A DNA stretch of 64,000 nt from an uncultured Gemmatimonadales bacterium (GCA_963828735.1 CAWHFW010000005.1:960001-1024000); one strand, 5' to 3'; positions 19,762-29,562 are shown, numbered from the stretch's first letter. Notes: a model not told the origin generated them from the letters alone. Program-made: numbers and translations.

Positions 19762-22749
19762 CTAGAACGACGGCTCGAAGCTGAACACCCAGCGGAACGC
19801 GAGCTCGTTGTCGTCCGCGGCGAGATCCTGGGCCAGCTCGGGCCGGTTCACCCACAGGGGAAGATCGAACCGCGTGACGAACCGCGTGTCGCCGATCCGA
19901 TGCTCGGCGCGGATTCCGATGCCCGCGTCGCCCAGGAATCGAACGCGCCCCGAAGCCGGCGCGTCGTCCTCGGATTGAAAGGCGTGGCCCAGGTCGGTGA
20001 ACGCGGCGAGTGCGACCCGCGAGAACAGTCGTGCCTGGGGACGCGCGAGCATCGTCCGCTCGAGCTCCGCGGAGAGCGCGATCAGTCCGCTGGTGGAGAC
20101 CCGTGGGTCGATGCCGCGAAGGCCGCCGCCGCCCGGCTGCTGGTAGTTCATGTCGGCGCCCTCGAGCAGCGAGCCGCGCGAGCGCAGGAACGGGTTGGCG
20201 AGCCGCGCGAGCGGGTCCGAGCCCTGGGCATAGATTTGCCGCTGCTTGGCGGGCAGGTCGTTCCCGCCCGCGAACGCCCCGTACGCGCGCCCTCCCAGGC
20301 TCCAGCGCGCGCCGAGTGAACGGCGAGCGGTACCTTCGATGGTAACCCGTCCATAGAAGGGATCCAGATCGCTCCGACCGCTCGCCGCGAGGCCGTCTCG
20401 GTGATACGCAAGCCCGCCGCTCAGGGTGTTCCGGAAATCCAGGTCCCATTTGCCCGAGCGTGTCGTGAGGCCTCCTGACAGGGTGAGCTCGACCGTGCCC
20501 GCATCGTCGTAATAGCCCCGGTCGAGGTAGCGGAAATCGTCGGGCTGCACCCACTGGAGCGCGATGCCGCCGGTGCGCGTGGGGCCGAACGTCAGGTGCT
20601 CCCGCCGGCTCCGTTCCAACGCGAGCGTGGCCCCGAACCGGCCCTCGACGTTGTAAACGTCGAGCGTCTGCGTGACGTTGGGCGCCCGGAGCATCGTCGG
20701 GTTCCGCAGGCGGAACCAGAAATCCACGTCGTGCACGCCGTCGTCCACACCCCACCCCGTGCTCGCCGTGACCAGGGCGACGTTCTGCTCGAACCGGCCG
20801 AAGTAATCGCTGCGGCTTCGGGCGCCAAGGGTGACGCCGCCCGCGTCGTTGTACCACGCGACGGGCTGGAGGCCGAGCGTCAGCCGGTCACGGCTCACGC
20901 GGGTGCTGAAGTAGCGGTGGAAGTAGACGTCGGGGTCCGCCGACCCCGTGAGCGCCCGGCCGACCGAGACGCCGAGCGGCTTCCGGTTGTTCAGCATGTT
21001 CCAGTCGTGGGAGCGCACCAGCGGGTCGAGCAGGATCTCCCGCGGCTTGGTCCGCGTCGGGATCTCCACCCACTCCCGCTCGGCGAGCCCCTCGGTGCGC
21101 GCGACCGCCGTGTCGCCGGCCGCGATGACCGCGACGTCCTGGGGAAACCGGCCCGGCGACTTCCGCACGACCTCGACGCGCGTGAGATAGCCGTCCGCGT
21201 GGCGGGCCGTCCGGACGTGACCCACCTCGTAGTCGTAGAGCTCGGTGGTGTGGAGCCACTGTGCGAAGAAGGTCGAGAGGTCGCGGTGGGACTCCTCCTC
21301 GGCGACCGCCCGGAACGCCGCCTCATCCACGTGGTGGTACTTCCAGCGCTCGTAGAACGTCTGCAGGATCCGGTGCATCGTCGCGTCGCCGACGATCGCG
21401 CGGAGCTGATGGAAAAACAGCTCGCCACGGGTGTAGATCGCGATATTGTACGAGGTGAAATCGCGATAGTCCTCCCCCACGAGGCTCGGCGGCTCCGAAT
21501 AGTCGTCCAGATCGAGCTGAAGCACTTCGGCTTCGGTCTCGCCGTAGCTCGGCTTCCCCATCGTCTCCCAGAACCAGCTCGTCTGGAAGCTGGTGAATCC
21601 CTCGTCGAGCCAGCCCTCGCGCCACTCGTTGTTGGCCAGCAGCCCCATCGTGTAGTTGTGCCCGGCCTCGTGCACGATGAGCCCCTGATCGGCCGATCCG
21701 TTGTGCACCATCATCGGGAACTCGGTGCCGCCTCCCTCGATCCGATGGACGTTGGTGAGCTGCGGCCACCCGAACGGCCCGTACACCTGGTCGAGCCAGG
21801 CGAGAGCGGTCTGGGTCCGCGTGACGGCGACGCCCCCGCCCCAGCTCTTCTCGTCACCCGGCTGGTAGAGCACATGGATGGCGACGTCGCCATAGTGCCC
21901 GCCCTCGTACCGGTACTGCGGATTGAGCGACATCGCAAAATGGTGCACGCGCTCCGCGTACCATCGGATCCGCTTCCGGCCCGGATCGGCGCCCGTGCAC
22001 GCGTCGGTCGACGGCGTGCTCGCGCCGTAGTAGTCGCGCTGGTACTCGACCGCCCGGTCCGGGGCGCGATTGGCGCGCTCCCACCCCGGGTCTCCACAGA
22101 CCGCGACACCGGTGGCGCCTACCACCTGGTCCTCAGGCACATCGAGATCGACGGTGAACCGCGCGAACTCGCCATAGAACTCGCCGCCGGGATACAGCGG
22201 GTGCTCCTCCCAGCCGTAGCGGTCGTACACGACCACCTTGGGATACCACTGCGCGAAGTCGAATCGCCTGCCCTGCCGGCCCTGGCGGCGCGGGACCGTG
22301 GACGGCCGGGCGTCCCAGCGCAGGTCGACGCTCATCGAGTCGCCCGGCGCCAGCGGCTGCGGCAACGCGAAGCGGACCACCGTGCTGTCCGGGGCGAAGG
22401 GGTAGACCGGCTCGACGGGCTGGCCCATGATCCGCACGTCGCGTACGTGATTGAAGGCGAAGTCCGGATCACGGAGGTCATTGAAGCGGCGCCGTCCCTC
22501 CGCGGAATCGGCGTCGGCCCAGCGCGAGCCCGGGCGGAATGCGTTGAGGTAGAGGTGAAGCGAGAAGCTGGTCAGCGCATCGGGTGACGCGTTGCGATAG
22601 GCGATGCGCTCTCCGCCGGCCAGGACACCCGAAGGCTCATCGAGCCGCGCGGTGATCTCGTAGGCCACGTCCTGCTGCCAGTAGGGAGTCTGGGGCGGCC
22701 GAGGCGCGGCCGGCGCCTGTTGCAAGGCGAGCAACGCAAGGGTGATCAC
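19762..22749 (-). CDS. M1 family aminopeptidase with long beta-rich C-terminal domain
   Basis: YWQQ, AQWYPK, GGTEF, HEAGH-x18-E (WLDEG); ends ..FSFEPSF. Confidence 0.88.
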   Translation of the reverse strand: MITLALLALQQAPAAPRPPQTPYWQQDVAYEITARLDEPSGVLAGGERIAYRNASPDALTSFSLHLYLNAFRPGSRWADADSAEGRRRFNDLRDPDFAFNHVRDVRIMGQPVEPVYPFAPDSTVVRFALPQPLAPGDSMSVDLRWDARPSTVPRRQGRQGRRFDFAQWYPKVVVYDRYGWEEHPLYPGGEFYGEFARFTVDLDVPEDQVVGATGVAVCGDPGWERANRAPDRAVEYQRDYYGASTPSTDACTGADPGRKRIRWYAERVHHFAMSLNPQYRYEGGHYGDVAIHVLYQPGDEKSWGGGVAVTRTQTALAWLDQVYGPFGWPQLTNVHRIEGGGTEFPMMVHNGSADQGLIVHEAGHNYTMGLLANNEWREGWLDEGFTSFQTSWFWETMGKPSYGETEAEVLQLDLDDYSEPPSLVGEDYRDFTSYNIAIYTRGELFFHQLRAIVGDATMHRILQTFYERWKYHHVDEAAFRAVAEEESHRDLSTFFAQWLHTTELYDYEVGHVRTARHADGYLTRVEVVRKSPGRFPQDVAVIAAGDTAVARTEGLAEREWVEIPTRTKPREILLDPLVRSHDWNMLNNRKPLGVSVGRALTGSADPDVYFHRYFSTRVSRDRLTLGLQPVAWYNDAGGVTLGARSRSDYFGRFEQNVALVTASTGWGVDDGVHDVDFWFRLRNPTMLRAPNVTQTLDVYNVEGRFGATLALERSRREHLTFGPTRTGGIALQWVQPDDFRYLDRGYYDDAGTVELTLSGGLTTRSGKWDLDFRNTLSGGLAYHRDGLAASGRSDLDPFYGRVTIEGTARRSLGARWSLGGRAYGAFAGGNDLPAKQRQIYAQGSDPLARLANPFLRSRGSLLEGADMNYQQPGGGGLRGIDPRVSTSGLIALSAELERTMLARPQARLFSRVALAAFTDLGHAFQSEDDAPASGRVRFLGDAGIGIRAEHRIGDTRFVTRFDLPLWVNRPELAQDLAADDNELAFRWVFSFEPSF

Positions 22750-22812
22750 GGACGGCTCGAAGGACGAAGGTGGGCGGAAACATAGGGGGGACCGCCGCCG
22801 CCCCCAAGCAAA

Positions 22813-22834
22813 GGAGCCGGGAGGTCCCGGCTCC
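22813..22834. terminator. Hairpin downstream of the receiver gene
   Basis: ggagccggg-aggt-cccggctcc. Confidence 0.45.
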
Positions 22835-22836
22835 GT

Positions 22837-23277
22837 CTACGACTCGGCTCGCTCGCGGAGGTCGGCCGCCGCGCCTCTGGGCGGTGCGAGGGCCTCGTTC
22901 ACCTTGGCCAGGAGCTCTTTCCGTGTGAAAGGCTTGGCGAGGAACGGGACATCCAGGGTCGTGAGTCCGTATTGGGCCATGACTTCTGCCGGATAGGCCG
23001 ACATGTACAGCAGATGCTGGTCCGGCCACTCGTCCAGGATCTCGCGGGCAAGGGCAACGCCGTCGCCATCGTGGAGCACGATGTCCAGCACGACCAGGTC
23101 GACCCGCCCGCGAGCCTCCCCGAGCACTTCGAGCGCTTCCCGGGTGCCATCGGCCTCCAGCACCCGGAACCCCTCCTCGCTCAGAAGGCGGCTCGCGATG
23201 CAGCGCGCCATCCGGCGGTCGTCCACGATGAGGACCGTCGTCACAACCAGCGGGAACCTGAAATCGAGCGGAGCCAT
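22837..23277 (-). CDS. Stand-alone response regulator receiver
   Basis: LIVDD, VVLD, MSAY, AKPF; GGAGG RBS. Confidence 0.82.
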   Translation of the reverse strand: MAPLDFRFPLVVTTVLIVDDRRMARCIASRLLSEEGFRVLEADGTREALEVLGEARGRVDLVVLDIVLHDGDGVALAREILDEWPDQHLLYMSAYPAEVMAQYGLTTLDVPFLAKPFTRKELLAKVNEALAPPRGAAADLRERAES

Positions 23278-23500
23278 AATTCCCCTCCGTACCATACCGT
23301 ACCGACGAAGTTCAAGTTGACTACCGGGGCGGCGGAAGGTAGTGACGCGTCTCACACACTGTGGATTGACCGGGATCCAAGGTGCGTCGCTCCTGGACTG
23401 AGAAGTCGGGGTCATGCGCGGCGTGCTATGCTCGGCTGCGTCGGCCGTACTCCGTCACGCTCTTGCCGCGTGAGCACAGGAGCGCCAACGGACGGGAGAC

Positions 23501-23947
23501 CTAGGGCTCTTGCCCGGCTTGGTTTGGCAGTTGCTGGCCGAGCGCCCTGCCCGGTGCCGACGGACCGATGAGGGCCTCGACCTGTTTGAGCAAATCCTCG
23601 GGAGAGAATGGCTTGTTGAGCAATGGTCCGGGGAGCGGGCGTATCGTCGGACGGGCATAGCCGGAGACGAAGAGGATGGGAAGAGGAGGATTCAACTGTC
23701 TGAGGCGCCCCGCGAGCGCCACGCCGTCCATCTCGGGCATGCGGATGTCGGTGATGACGAGCCGGAGACGCCCGTGCAGCGCCTCCGCGAGGCGGAACGC
23801 GTCCTTTCCGTTGGCCGCGCTATGGACGGCGTAGCCCTCCTCCGCGAGGGTCCTCGCCATGACGACGAGGATGGTCTCATCGTCGTCCACCACCAGCACG
23901 ACCTGCACGCTTGTCACGCCCCAACTTACGTTCTTGTGGGTTTGCAT
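23501..23947 (-). CDS. Stand-alone response regulator receiver
   Basis: LVVDDD, ITDIRMPEMDG, VSGY, KPF. Confidence 0.88.
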   Translation of the reverse strand: MQTHKNVSWGVTSVQVVLVVDDDETILVVMARTLAEEGYAVHSAANGKDAFRLAEALHGRLRLVITDIRMPEMDGVALAGRLRQLNPPLPILFVSGYARPTIRPLPGPLLNKPFSPEDLLKQVEALIGPSAPGRALGQQLPNQAGQEP

Positions 23948-24034
23948 CGCCAGAGTCGGCGACGGTCGCCATACTGTCCGAACAGGCCGCTGGAACCAGT
24001 GCCGGCCCGGGAGCAGAAATCCCGGGCCTTCTGC

Positions 24035-24235
24035 TCAGGATTGCTGGAACCCGGCTCTCACCGTGCGAACTTCGTCGCCGCCCACGACCGCCGCGTGCAG
24101 ATCCCACGCTGCTTTGGCAACCATCGCGAATTCCGACCCCTTCGGCGTCTGCCCTGACTCGCCCGTGCGGCCCGCATAGATGATGGCCGCCATGATGGCC
24201 ACCACGTCCGTCCGTTCCGTCCGTTCTCCCGTCAT
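24035..24235 (-). CDS. Small hypothetical protein (66 aa)
   Basis: GGAG RBS; MTGERTERTDVVAIMAAIIYAG. Confidence 0.55.
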   Translation of the reverse strand: MTGERTERTDVVAIMAAIIYAGRTGESGQTPKGSEFAMVAKAAWDLHAAVVGGDEVRTVRAGFQQS

Positions 24236-24412
24236 GTGCCGCTCCAAGTCGTTGTATGACGCAAGATAAGCCCCGGTGGCCTCCGCATATGCCGGCCGTC
24301 GATTCGCTGTGCGCCAACTACATGGCCCTGCTAATAGTCCGCCCTGAAACAAATCCGTTGACGAATCGTCTGTAATAGGTAGTTTTTCAGGGACACCAAG
24401 CCTGGAGTGCTC

Positions 24413-24883
24413 ATGTCGGACGCCGATCCCATCAGCCGCCGCCTCCTGCAGCTGCTTTCGGCCGATGGCCGCGCCAGCTACCAGGCCCTCGCCGACGAGG
24501 TCGGGCTCTCGCGGCCCGCGGTCATGGAACGCGTCAAGCGGCTCGAGGAGGGCGGGCACATCCTCGGGTACAGCGCCCGGATCGACCGTGCCAAGGCCGG
24601 GTTTCCGATCACGGCCTTCGTGAACGTCCGCTACCCCGCGTCGGATCACGACGATGCCGAGCGCGCGGTTCGGGGACTCGAGGCCAACCCGAGCGTCCTC
24701 GAATGCCATCATGTGGCGGGCGACGACTGCTACATCCTCAAAGTGGCCGCGCCCTCGCTCGAGGCGCTCGAGCGGATCCTGCGTACGCTCAGGGAGCCGG
24801 GTCTCTCCGCCACCACACGCACCACCATCGTACTCTCGAGCGTGTTCGAGAAGCCGGGCGTCGTGCCCGTGGAGATCGACTGA
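24413..24883 (+). CDS. Lrp/AsnC transcriptional regulator
   Basis: DGRAS..LADEVGLS..V.ERVKRLE; ECHHVAGD. Confidence 0.93.
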   Translation: MSDADPISRRLLQLLSADGRASYQALADEVGLSRPAVMERVKRLEEGGHILGYSARIDRAKAGFPITAFVNVRYPASDHDDAERAVRGLEANPSVLECHHVAGDDCYILKVAAPSLEALERILRTLREPGLSATTRTTIVLSSVFEKPGVVPVEID

Positions 24884-24884
24884 C

Positions 24885-25838
24885 ATGGCCGGACTTCGGG
24901 GCAAGGCGCTCATCGCCTATCTGCTCGTCTGCACGGTGTGGGGCTCGACGTACCTCGCGATCCGGATCGGCGTCGGGCACCTGCCGCCATTCCTCTTCGC
25001 CGGCGTGCGGTTCCTGGTCGCGGGATTACTGCTCGGTGCGATCGCGCTGGCGCTGGGCATTCGCCTCCCCAGGCGCGCGCGGGACTGGCGCACGCTCGCC
25101 ATTACCGGCGTGTTCCTGCTCTGCGGTGCCAACGCGATCGTGGTCTGGTCGGAGCAGTTCGTCCCGTCCGGCATGGCCAGCGTCTTCGTCGCCGCCATGC
25201 CGCTCTGGTCGGCCTTCTTCGATGCGCTCATCCCCGGCGGGAAGACGCCGCTCACCTGGCGCATCGGGGTCGGCCTCGCGCTCGGCTTCCTGGGCAGTGC
25301 GCTGCTCGCCGGCATCACGCCACACGAGATTGCCACGGCGGACCTGCGCGGCCCGGTCGCGCTAACGCTCGGGAGCGCGTCCTGGGCCCTCGGCAGCATC
25401 TACTGGAAGCGGCATCCGACCACGGACGTGAGCCCGTACGCGGCCGCCGCCTCGCAGATGGCGATCGCGGGCGCCCTCCTGTGCGTGTTCGGCCTGGCGA
25501 TCGGGGAAGGGCCGCGATTCCATCTGGATGCCACCGGCCTCGGCGCGATGGCGTATCTGATCGTCTTCGGGTCCATCGTCGGCTACACCGCGTTCGGCTA
25601 TGCGCTCGAGCACGCCTCCGCGACGATCGTCGGCACGTACGCGTACGTGAACCCGGTGGTCGCGGTGATGCTCGGCTGGCTCGTTCTCGCCGAGCCCATC
25701 ACGGGCCGCATGCTCGTGGCGATGGCGCTCATTCTCGGCTCGGTGCTGTGGATCCAGCTCGGCGCCAGGCCCGGGCGGGTCTCCGAGAGGCCGCGGGTCC
25801 GCGCGCTCGAGCGCCGGCGCCCGGCGGACGCGGCATGA
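24885..25838 (+). CDS. EamA/DMT family transporter
   Basis: VWGSTY, PP...AGVRF, YAYVNPVVAV. Confidence 0.92.
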   Translation: MAGLRGKALIAYLLVCTVWGSTYLAIRIGVGHLPPFLFAGVRFLVAGLLLGAIALALGIRLPRRARDWRTLAITGVFLLCGANAIVVWSEQFVPSGMASVFVAAMPLWSAFFDALIPGGKTPLTWRIGVGLALGFLGSALLAGITPHEIATADLRGPVALTLGSASWALGSIYWKRHPTTDVSPYAAAASQMAIAGALLCVFGLAIGEGPRFHLDATGLGAMAYLIVFGSIVGYTAFGYALEHASATIVGTYAYVNPVVAVMLGWLVLAEPITGRMLVAMALILGSVLWIQLGARPGRVSERPRVRALERRRPADAA

Positions 25839-26287
25839 CCGCGGCCGCGACGTCCGCCGATCGTCCCTGGACCTCCGCCGAGGAAGTGGCGGCGCTCGTC
25901 GCGCGCTTCGAGGACTGCACGCTCCCGCACGCGGAGTGGACCCATCGGGCCCACCTGACCGTGGCGCTCTGGTTCGCATCGCATCATCCACCGGCGGTGG
26001 CGCTCGACCTGGTCCGCTCGGGCATCCTGCGCCTCAATACCGCGCACGGCGTACCCACCACGCCGACGCGCGGCTATCACGAGACCATCACGCGCTTCTA
26101 CATGCACGTGGTGACCCATTACCTCCGCCAGCAGGAGCTCGCCGGCGACTGGGCCGAGCGTGCCAACCGCATGGTGGAACGGCTGGGCGCGCGCGACCTC
26201 GCGCTGCGTCACTACTCGGAGCAGAGGCTCAAGTCTCCCGAGGCGCGCGCCGCGTGGATCGAGCCCGATATCCGGCCGCTTCCGTAA
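25835..26287 (+). CDS. Hypothetical protein with His-rich motifs
   Basis: WTHRAHL, GYHETIT; ATGA coupling to the EamA gene. Confidence 0.75.
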   Translation: MTAAATSADRPWTSAEEVAALVARFEDCTLPHAEWTHRAHLTVALWFASHHPPAVALDLVRSGILRLNTAHGVPTTPTRGYHETITRFYMHVVTHYLRQQELAGDWAERANRMVERLGARDLALRHYSEQRLKSPEARAAWIEPDIRPLP

Positions 26288-26326
26288 GGCCGCCATCGGG
26301 CCCGGCCTCGAGGCGGGCCGGAACGG

Positions 26327-26361
26327 GAACGGGGGCCTGCGATCAACGCAGGCCCCCGTTC
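26327..26361. terminator. Bidirectional terminator-like hairpin ending the atp operon
   Basis: gaacgggggcctgcg-atcaa-cgcaggcccccgttc. Confidence 0.7.
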
Positions 26362-26385
26362 GTCTTCAGGCTGACTCGTGCTCGG

Positions 26386-26922
26386 CTACCTGGCCAGCAG
26401 CTGCCTCCGCAGTTTCACCATCCTGCGCCGGACCGAGCCGTCGTGGATGCGCTCGCCGATGCGGACGATGGCGCCGCCCAGCAGCTCCGGGTCCACCGAG
26501 AACGACGGGATGACGTTCTTGCCGAGCTGCTCGCTCAGGGCCTCCGCGATACTGCGTTGGGTGGCCTCATCGGCGGGGCGGGCCAGGGTGACGCCGGCGC
26601 GCACCCGGTCGAGCTTGATGTCGAGGAGCTTGTGGTATTCGGTCGCGATCTCTCGCAGCAGCCCCTGGCGGTTGCGTCGGACGAGCGCCTGGAGGAAGAG
26701 CACGAATTCCCGCCGGACACCCTGAAGCGACGCTGCGAGAAGGCGCGCCTTCTCGGCCTTCGGCACCCGGGGCGACATCAGGACTGCCTGCACCGCTGGT
26801 GTCGTCTCCACCGCGGAGGCCACCGCGTCGATCAGGTCCGCGTACGGGACCGTCTGCCCGCTCCGCTCGCCAAGGTCGAACAGCGTCTCGGCGTAGTTCC
26901 GGGCGATCGTCTCCGACCTCAC
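26386..26922 (-). CDS. atpH: ATP synthase F1 subunit delta
   Basis: IARNYAETL, VDPELLGG, DGSV. Confidence 0.95.
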   Translation of the reverse strand: MRSETIARNYAETLFDLGERSGQTVPYADLIDAVASAVETTPAVQAVLMSPRVPKAEKARLLAASLQGVRREFVLFLQALVRRNRQGLLREIATEYHKLLDIKLDRVRAGVTLARPADEATQRSIAEALSEQLGKNVIPSFSVDPELLGGAIVRIGERIHDGSVRRRMVKLRRQLLAR

Positions 26923-27455
26923 CGCGCCGATTCCAGCGAGGCGAGGTAGTCGCTCACGATCTTCTTGTCGGTCTCGCTGTCGAGCCGCTTGCCGATCAGC
27001 TTCGACGCCGCGGCGAGCGACAGATCCACCGCCTCGCGCCGGAGGTCCGCCACGGCGCGGTCGCGCTCGCTGGTGATCTCACGCCGGGCGCGTTGCAGCA
27101 GATCCTCCTGCTCCTGCTTGGTCTTTTCCATCGCCACCGCCCGCTCCTTCTCCGCGACCTGGCGCGCTTCCACGAGGATCGCGTGGGCCTGCGCCTTGGC
27201 GTCGCCCACGAGCCGCTTGTGCTCCTCCAGCAGCTTGGCCGCCTCGGCCCGGTTCCGCTCGGCCTCCGCGAGCTGCCGCTCGAGCGCCTGCTCCCGCGCC
27301 TCGACCGCGCCGAGTACGGCGGGCCACGCGAACCGCTTGAGGATGGCGAGCAGCAGCAGGAAGACGACGATGGTCCAGAGCATCAGCCCGCCGTCCACGG
27401 TCAACGGACCCGGCGTGTGCTCTTCCTGAAGGGCCAGCAGTGTCACGTGCAGCAT
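26919..27455 (-). CDS. atpF: ATP synthase F0 subunit b
   Basis: WTIVVFLLLL..LKRFAW TM helix plus coiled coil. Confidence 0.95.
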   Translation of the reverse strand: MLHVTLLALQEEHTPGPLTVDGGLMLWTIVVFLLLLAILKRFAWPAVLGAVEAREQALERQLAEAERNRAEAAKLLEEHKRLVGDAKAQAHAILVEARQVAEKERAVAMEKTKQEQEDLLQRARREITSERDRAVADLRREAVDLSLAAASKLIGKRLDSETDKKIVSDYLASLESAR

Positions 27456-27533
27456 GTCGATCTCCGTATCCCCGTGACCTCGCCGCGAACCGGTCCGTCC
27501 CCGACGGACCGGTCCGGCGGCAGGCAGTTCGAG

Positions 27534-27812
27534 CTAGAACGTGATCTTGCCCTGGATCAGGAACGCGATCACGGCGACGAACAGCGCCACGCCTTCGACC
27601 AGCGCCGCGGCGATGATCATGGCCGTCTGGATCCGGGCCGTGGCCTCGGGCTGACGGGCGATGCCCTCGGTAGCGCGGCCGCCGATCTGGCCGATGCCGA
27701 TGCCGGCGCCTACCACGGCCAGGCCGGCCGCGAGACCCGCGCCGATGAGGCCGTAGCCCTTGTCCGCGCCGGCCGCTGCGGCGGCCTGCAACAGGGCGGT
27801 GATGTACAGCAT
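27534..27812 (-). CDS. atpE: ATP synthase F0 subunit c
   Basis: GAGIGIG, ARQPE, ALVEG. Confidence 0.97.
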   Translation of the reverse strand: MLYITALLQAAAAAGADKGYGLIGAGLAAGLAVVGAGIGIGQIGGRATEGIARQPEATARIQTAMIIAAALVEGVALFVAVIAFLIQGKITF

Positions 27813-28019
27813 GTCGTGCTCCCCTTGCGTGAACGGGAGATCGAGAGTCGCTGGCGCGCGCCGTACGTGGATCGCCTCTCCCGGTGCGATCTCGCCACGG
27901 TGACCCGCCTTCGCCCTGGCTTCCGCCGGGCAGCGGGCATCACCCGCCGTTCGGCGGGCTACGGGGTCCGGAGCGGCGCGTGCGCTCGTCGCCCGGACGT
28001 CCTGCGATCCTTCGCCTGC

Positions 28020-28964
28020 CTAGTGCTCCGCCCGCATCAGGCCGATGAACACGCTCGTGAGCAGCGTGAACACGAACGCCTGCAGGAACGCCACGAACAG
28101 CTCGAGCAGCATGACGCCGGTCGCCAGCAGCGAGGCCCCGATCCCCACGGTGTAGCTCTTGAAGAGGAAGGTCAGGCCGATCAGCGCGAGCACCAGCACG
28201 TGTCCCGAGGTCATGTTGGCGAAGAGCCGCACCGCGAGAGCGAACGGCTTGGCCAGCTTGCCGATGAGCTCGATCGGCGTCATCACGGCCAGCAGGAGCA
28301 CCTTGAGCACGCTGCCGCCGATGCCGCCCGGCAGCCCGCTCGGCAGGTAGAAGATGGTCTTCAGGTACCCGGCGGTCCCGAGGGTCCGCATCCCGGTCAC
28401 CTCGATCACGATGAACGCCATCACCGCGAGCGCCGCCGTGACGGCGATGTTGCCGGTCGCGGTGGCACCGCCCGGGAGCAGGCCGAGCAGGTTCATCGCC
28501 AGGATGAAGAAGAACAGGGTCAACAGGTACGGGACGAACCCCTCGCCGTGATGACCCACGTTCGGCAGGATGACCTCCTGCCGGATGTAGAGAGCGGTGG
28601 CCTCCATGGCGCCGGGGAACCCCTTCGCCGGCCGGCCCGCCGCCTCCGCCCGCGCGATGGACCGCGCGCTCAGCACGAACACCAGCGCCACCAGCGTCGC
28701 CGCCAGCAGCATGAACACCAGGTGCTTGGTGGGGGAGAAGTCGAGCGTGAGCCCGCCGATGTGGACCGGGGGGACCCGGGGCAGCTCCACGGTCCCGAGG
28801 AGGGGCAGCTCGATATCGTGCGAGTTCCCGAGGTGATGGGTGATGTCGATCTGCGCAGGGGCGCCCTCGGGCGCGTGCTCCTGCGCCGACGCCGGCCGGG
28901 CGGCCGGCATCGCGAGCCCGAGCAGCATCGCCATCATCACGATCGTACGGACGAATCGCGTCAT
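28020..28964 (-). CDS. atpB: ATP synthase F0 subunit a with N-terminal signal-like extension
   Basis: NLLGLLP, ALAVRLFANM.SGH, LQAFVF.LL. Confidence 0.96.
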   Translation of the reverse strand: MTRFVRTIVMMAMLLGLAMPAARPASAQEHAPEGAPAQIDITHHLGNSHDIELPLLGTVELPRVPPVHIGGLTLDFSPTKHLVFMLLAATLVALVFVLSARSIARAEAAGRPAKGFPGAMEATALYIRQEVILPNVGHHGEGFVPYLLTLFFFILAMNLLGLLPGGATATGNIAVTAALAVMAFIVIEVTGMRTLGTAGYLKTIFYLPSGLPGGIGGSVLKVLLLAVMTPIELIGKLAKPFALAVRLFANMTSGHVLVLALIGLTFLFKSYTVGIGASLLATGVMLLELFVAFLQAFVFTLLTSVFIGLMRAEH

Positions 28965-29329
28965 CACCGATCTTCCCGCGAGTGTTCTCGAAAAGCCGTG
29001 ACCCCCTCGACCGCGAGGAGCGCCACGAGGACTCCCACCATCGCGCCGAGCATCGGCCCGGCACGGCTGCCCATGGCCGGCTGGACGATCAGCCCGGTCA
29101 CGAGAACGGTCGTGAGGCGAGCCAGCATGCCCAGCGTCCACACCGCCATGAACCGGCTGGTCCCGACGCTCTGGATGGCCCACCAGCCGAGCGGCAGCTG
29201 GAGCACTACCCCGACCCCCACCCCCCACCAGTACGCCGCGCGATCGGCCGCGGGTACCAGGCCGGCCAGCGTCGCGGCGGCCACCGCAACCACTCCCACG
29301 CCCGCCAGGTAGCGGCGGCCCAGCGTCAT
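28964..29329 (-). CDS. AtpI-like membrane protein
   Basis: Four TM helices, coupled directly upstream of atpB. Confidence 0.7.
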   Translation of the reverse strand: MTLGRRYLAGVGVVAVAAATLAGLVPAADRAAYWWGVGVGVVLQLPLGWWAIQSVGTSRFMAVWTLGMLARLTTVLVTGLIVQPAMGSRAGPMLGAMVGVLVALLAVEGVTAFREHSREDR

Positions 29330-29562
29330 GCGTCGCCGCCGCCATCCTTGCGGTTGAGCTGACGGATCAGCGAGTACAGGGTGCCGCCGAACCCCAGCAG
29401 CACCGCGGCGATGGTGACGATGCCATTGGCGCCGAGCTTCTTATCGGCCCATTGGCCGACCAGAACGAACACCACCAGACTGACCGCCAGCTGGATCCCC
29501 AATCCGGCGTAGCGCATCGGCCCGGGCTCGTTACCACCGCCATCAGGATCCGGGGCGTTCAC
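29326..29562 (-). CDS. AtpZ/AtpI family protein
   Basis: YAGLGIQLA, GQWADKKLG; first gene of the operon. Confidence 0.85.
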   Translation of the reverse strand: MNAPDPDGGGNEPGPMRYAGLGIQLAVSLVVFVLVGQWADKKLGANGIVTIAAVLLGFGGTLYSLIRQLNRKDGGGDA

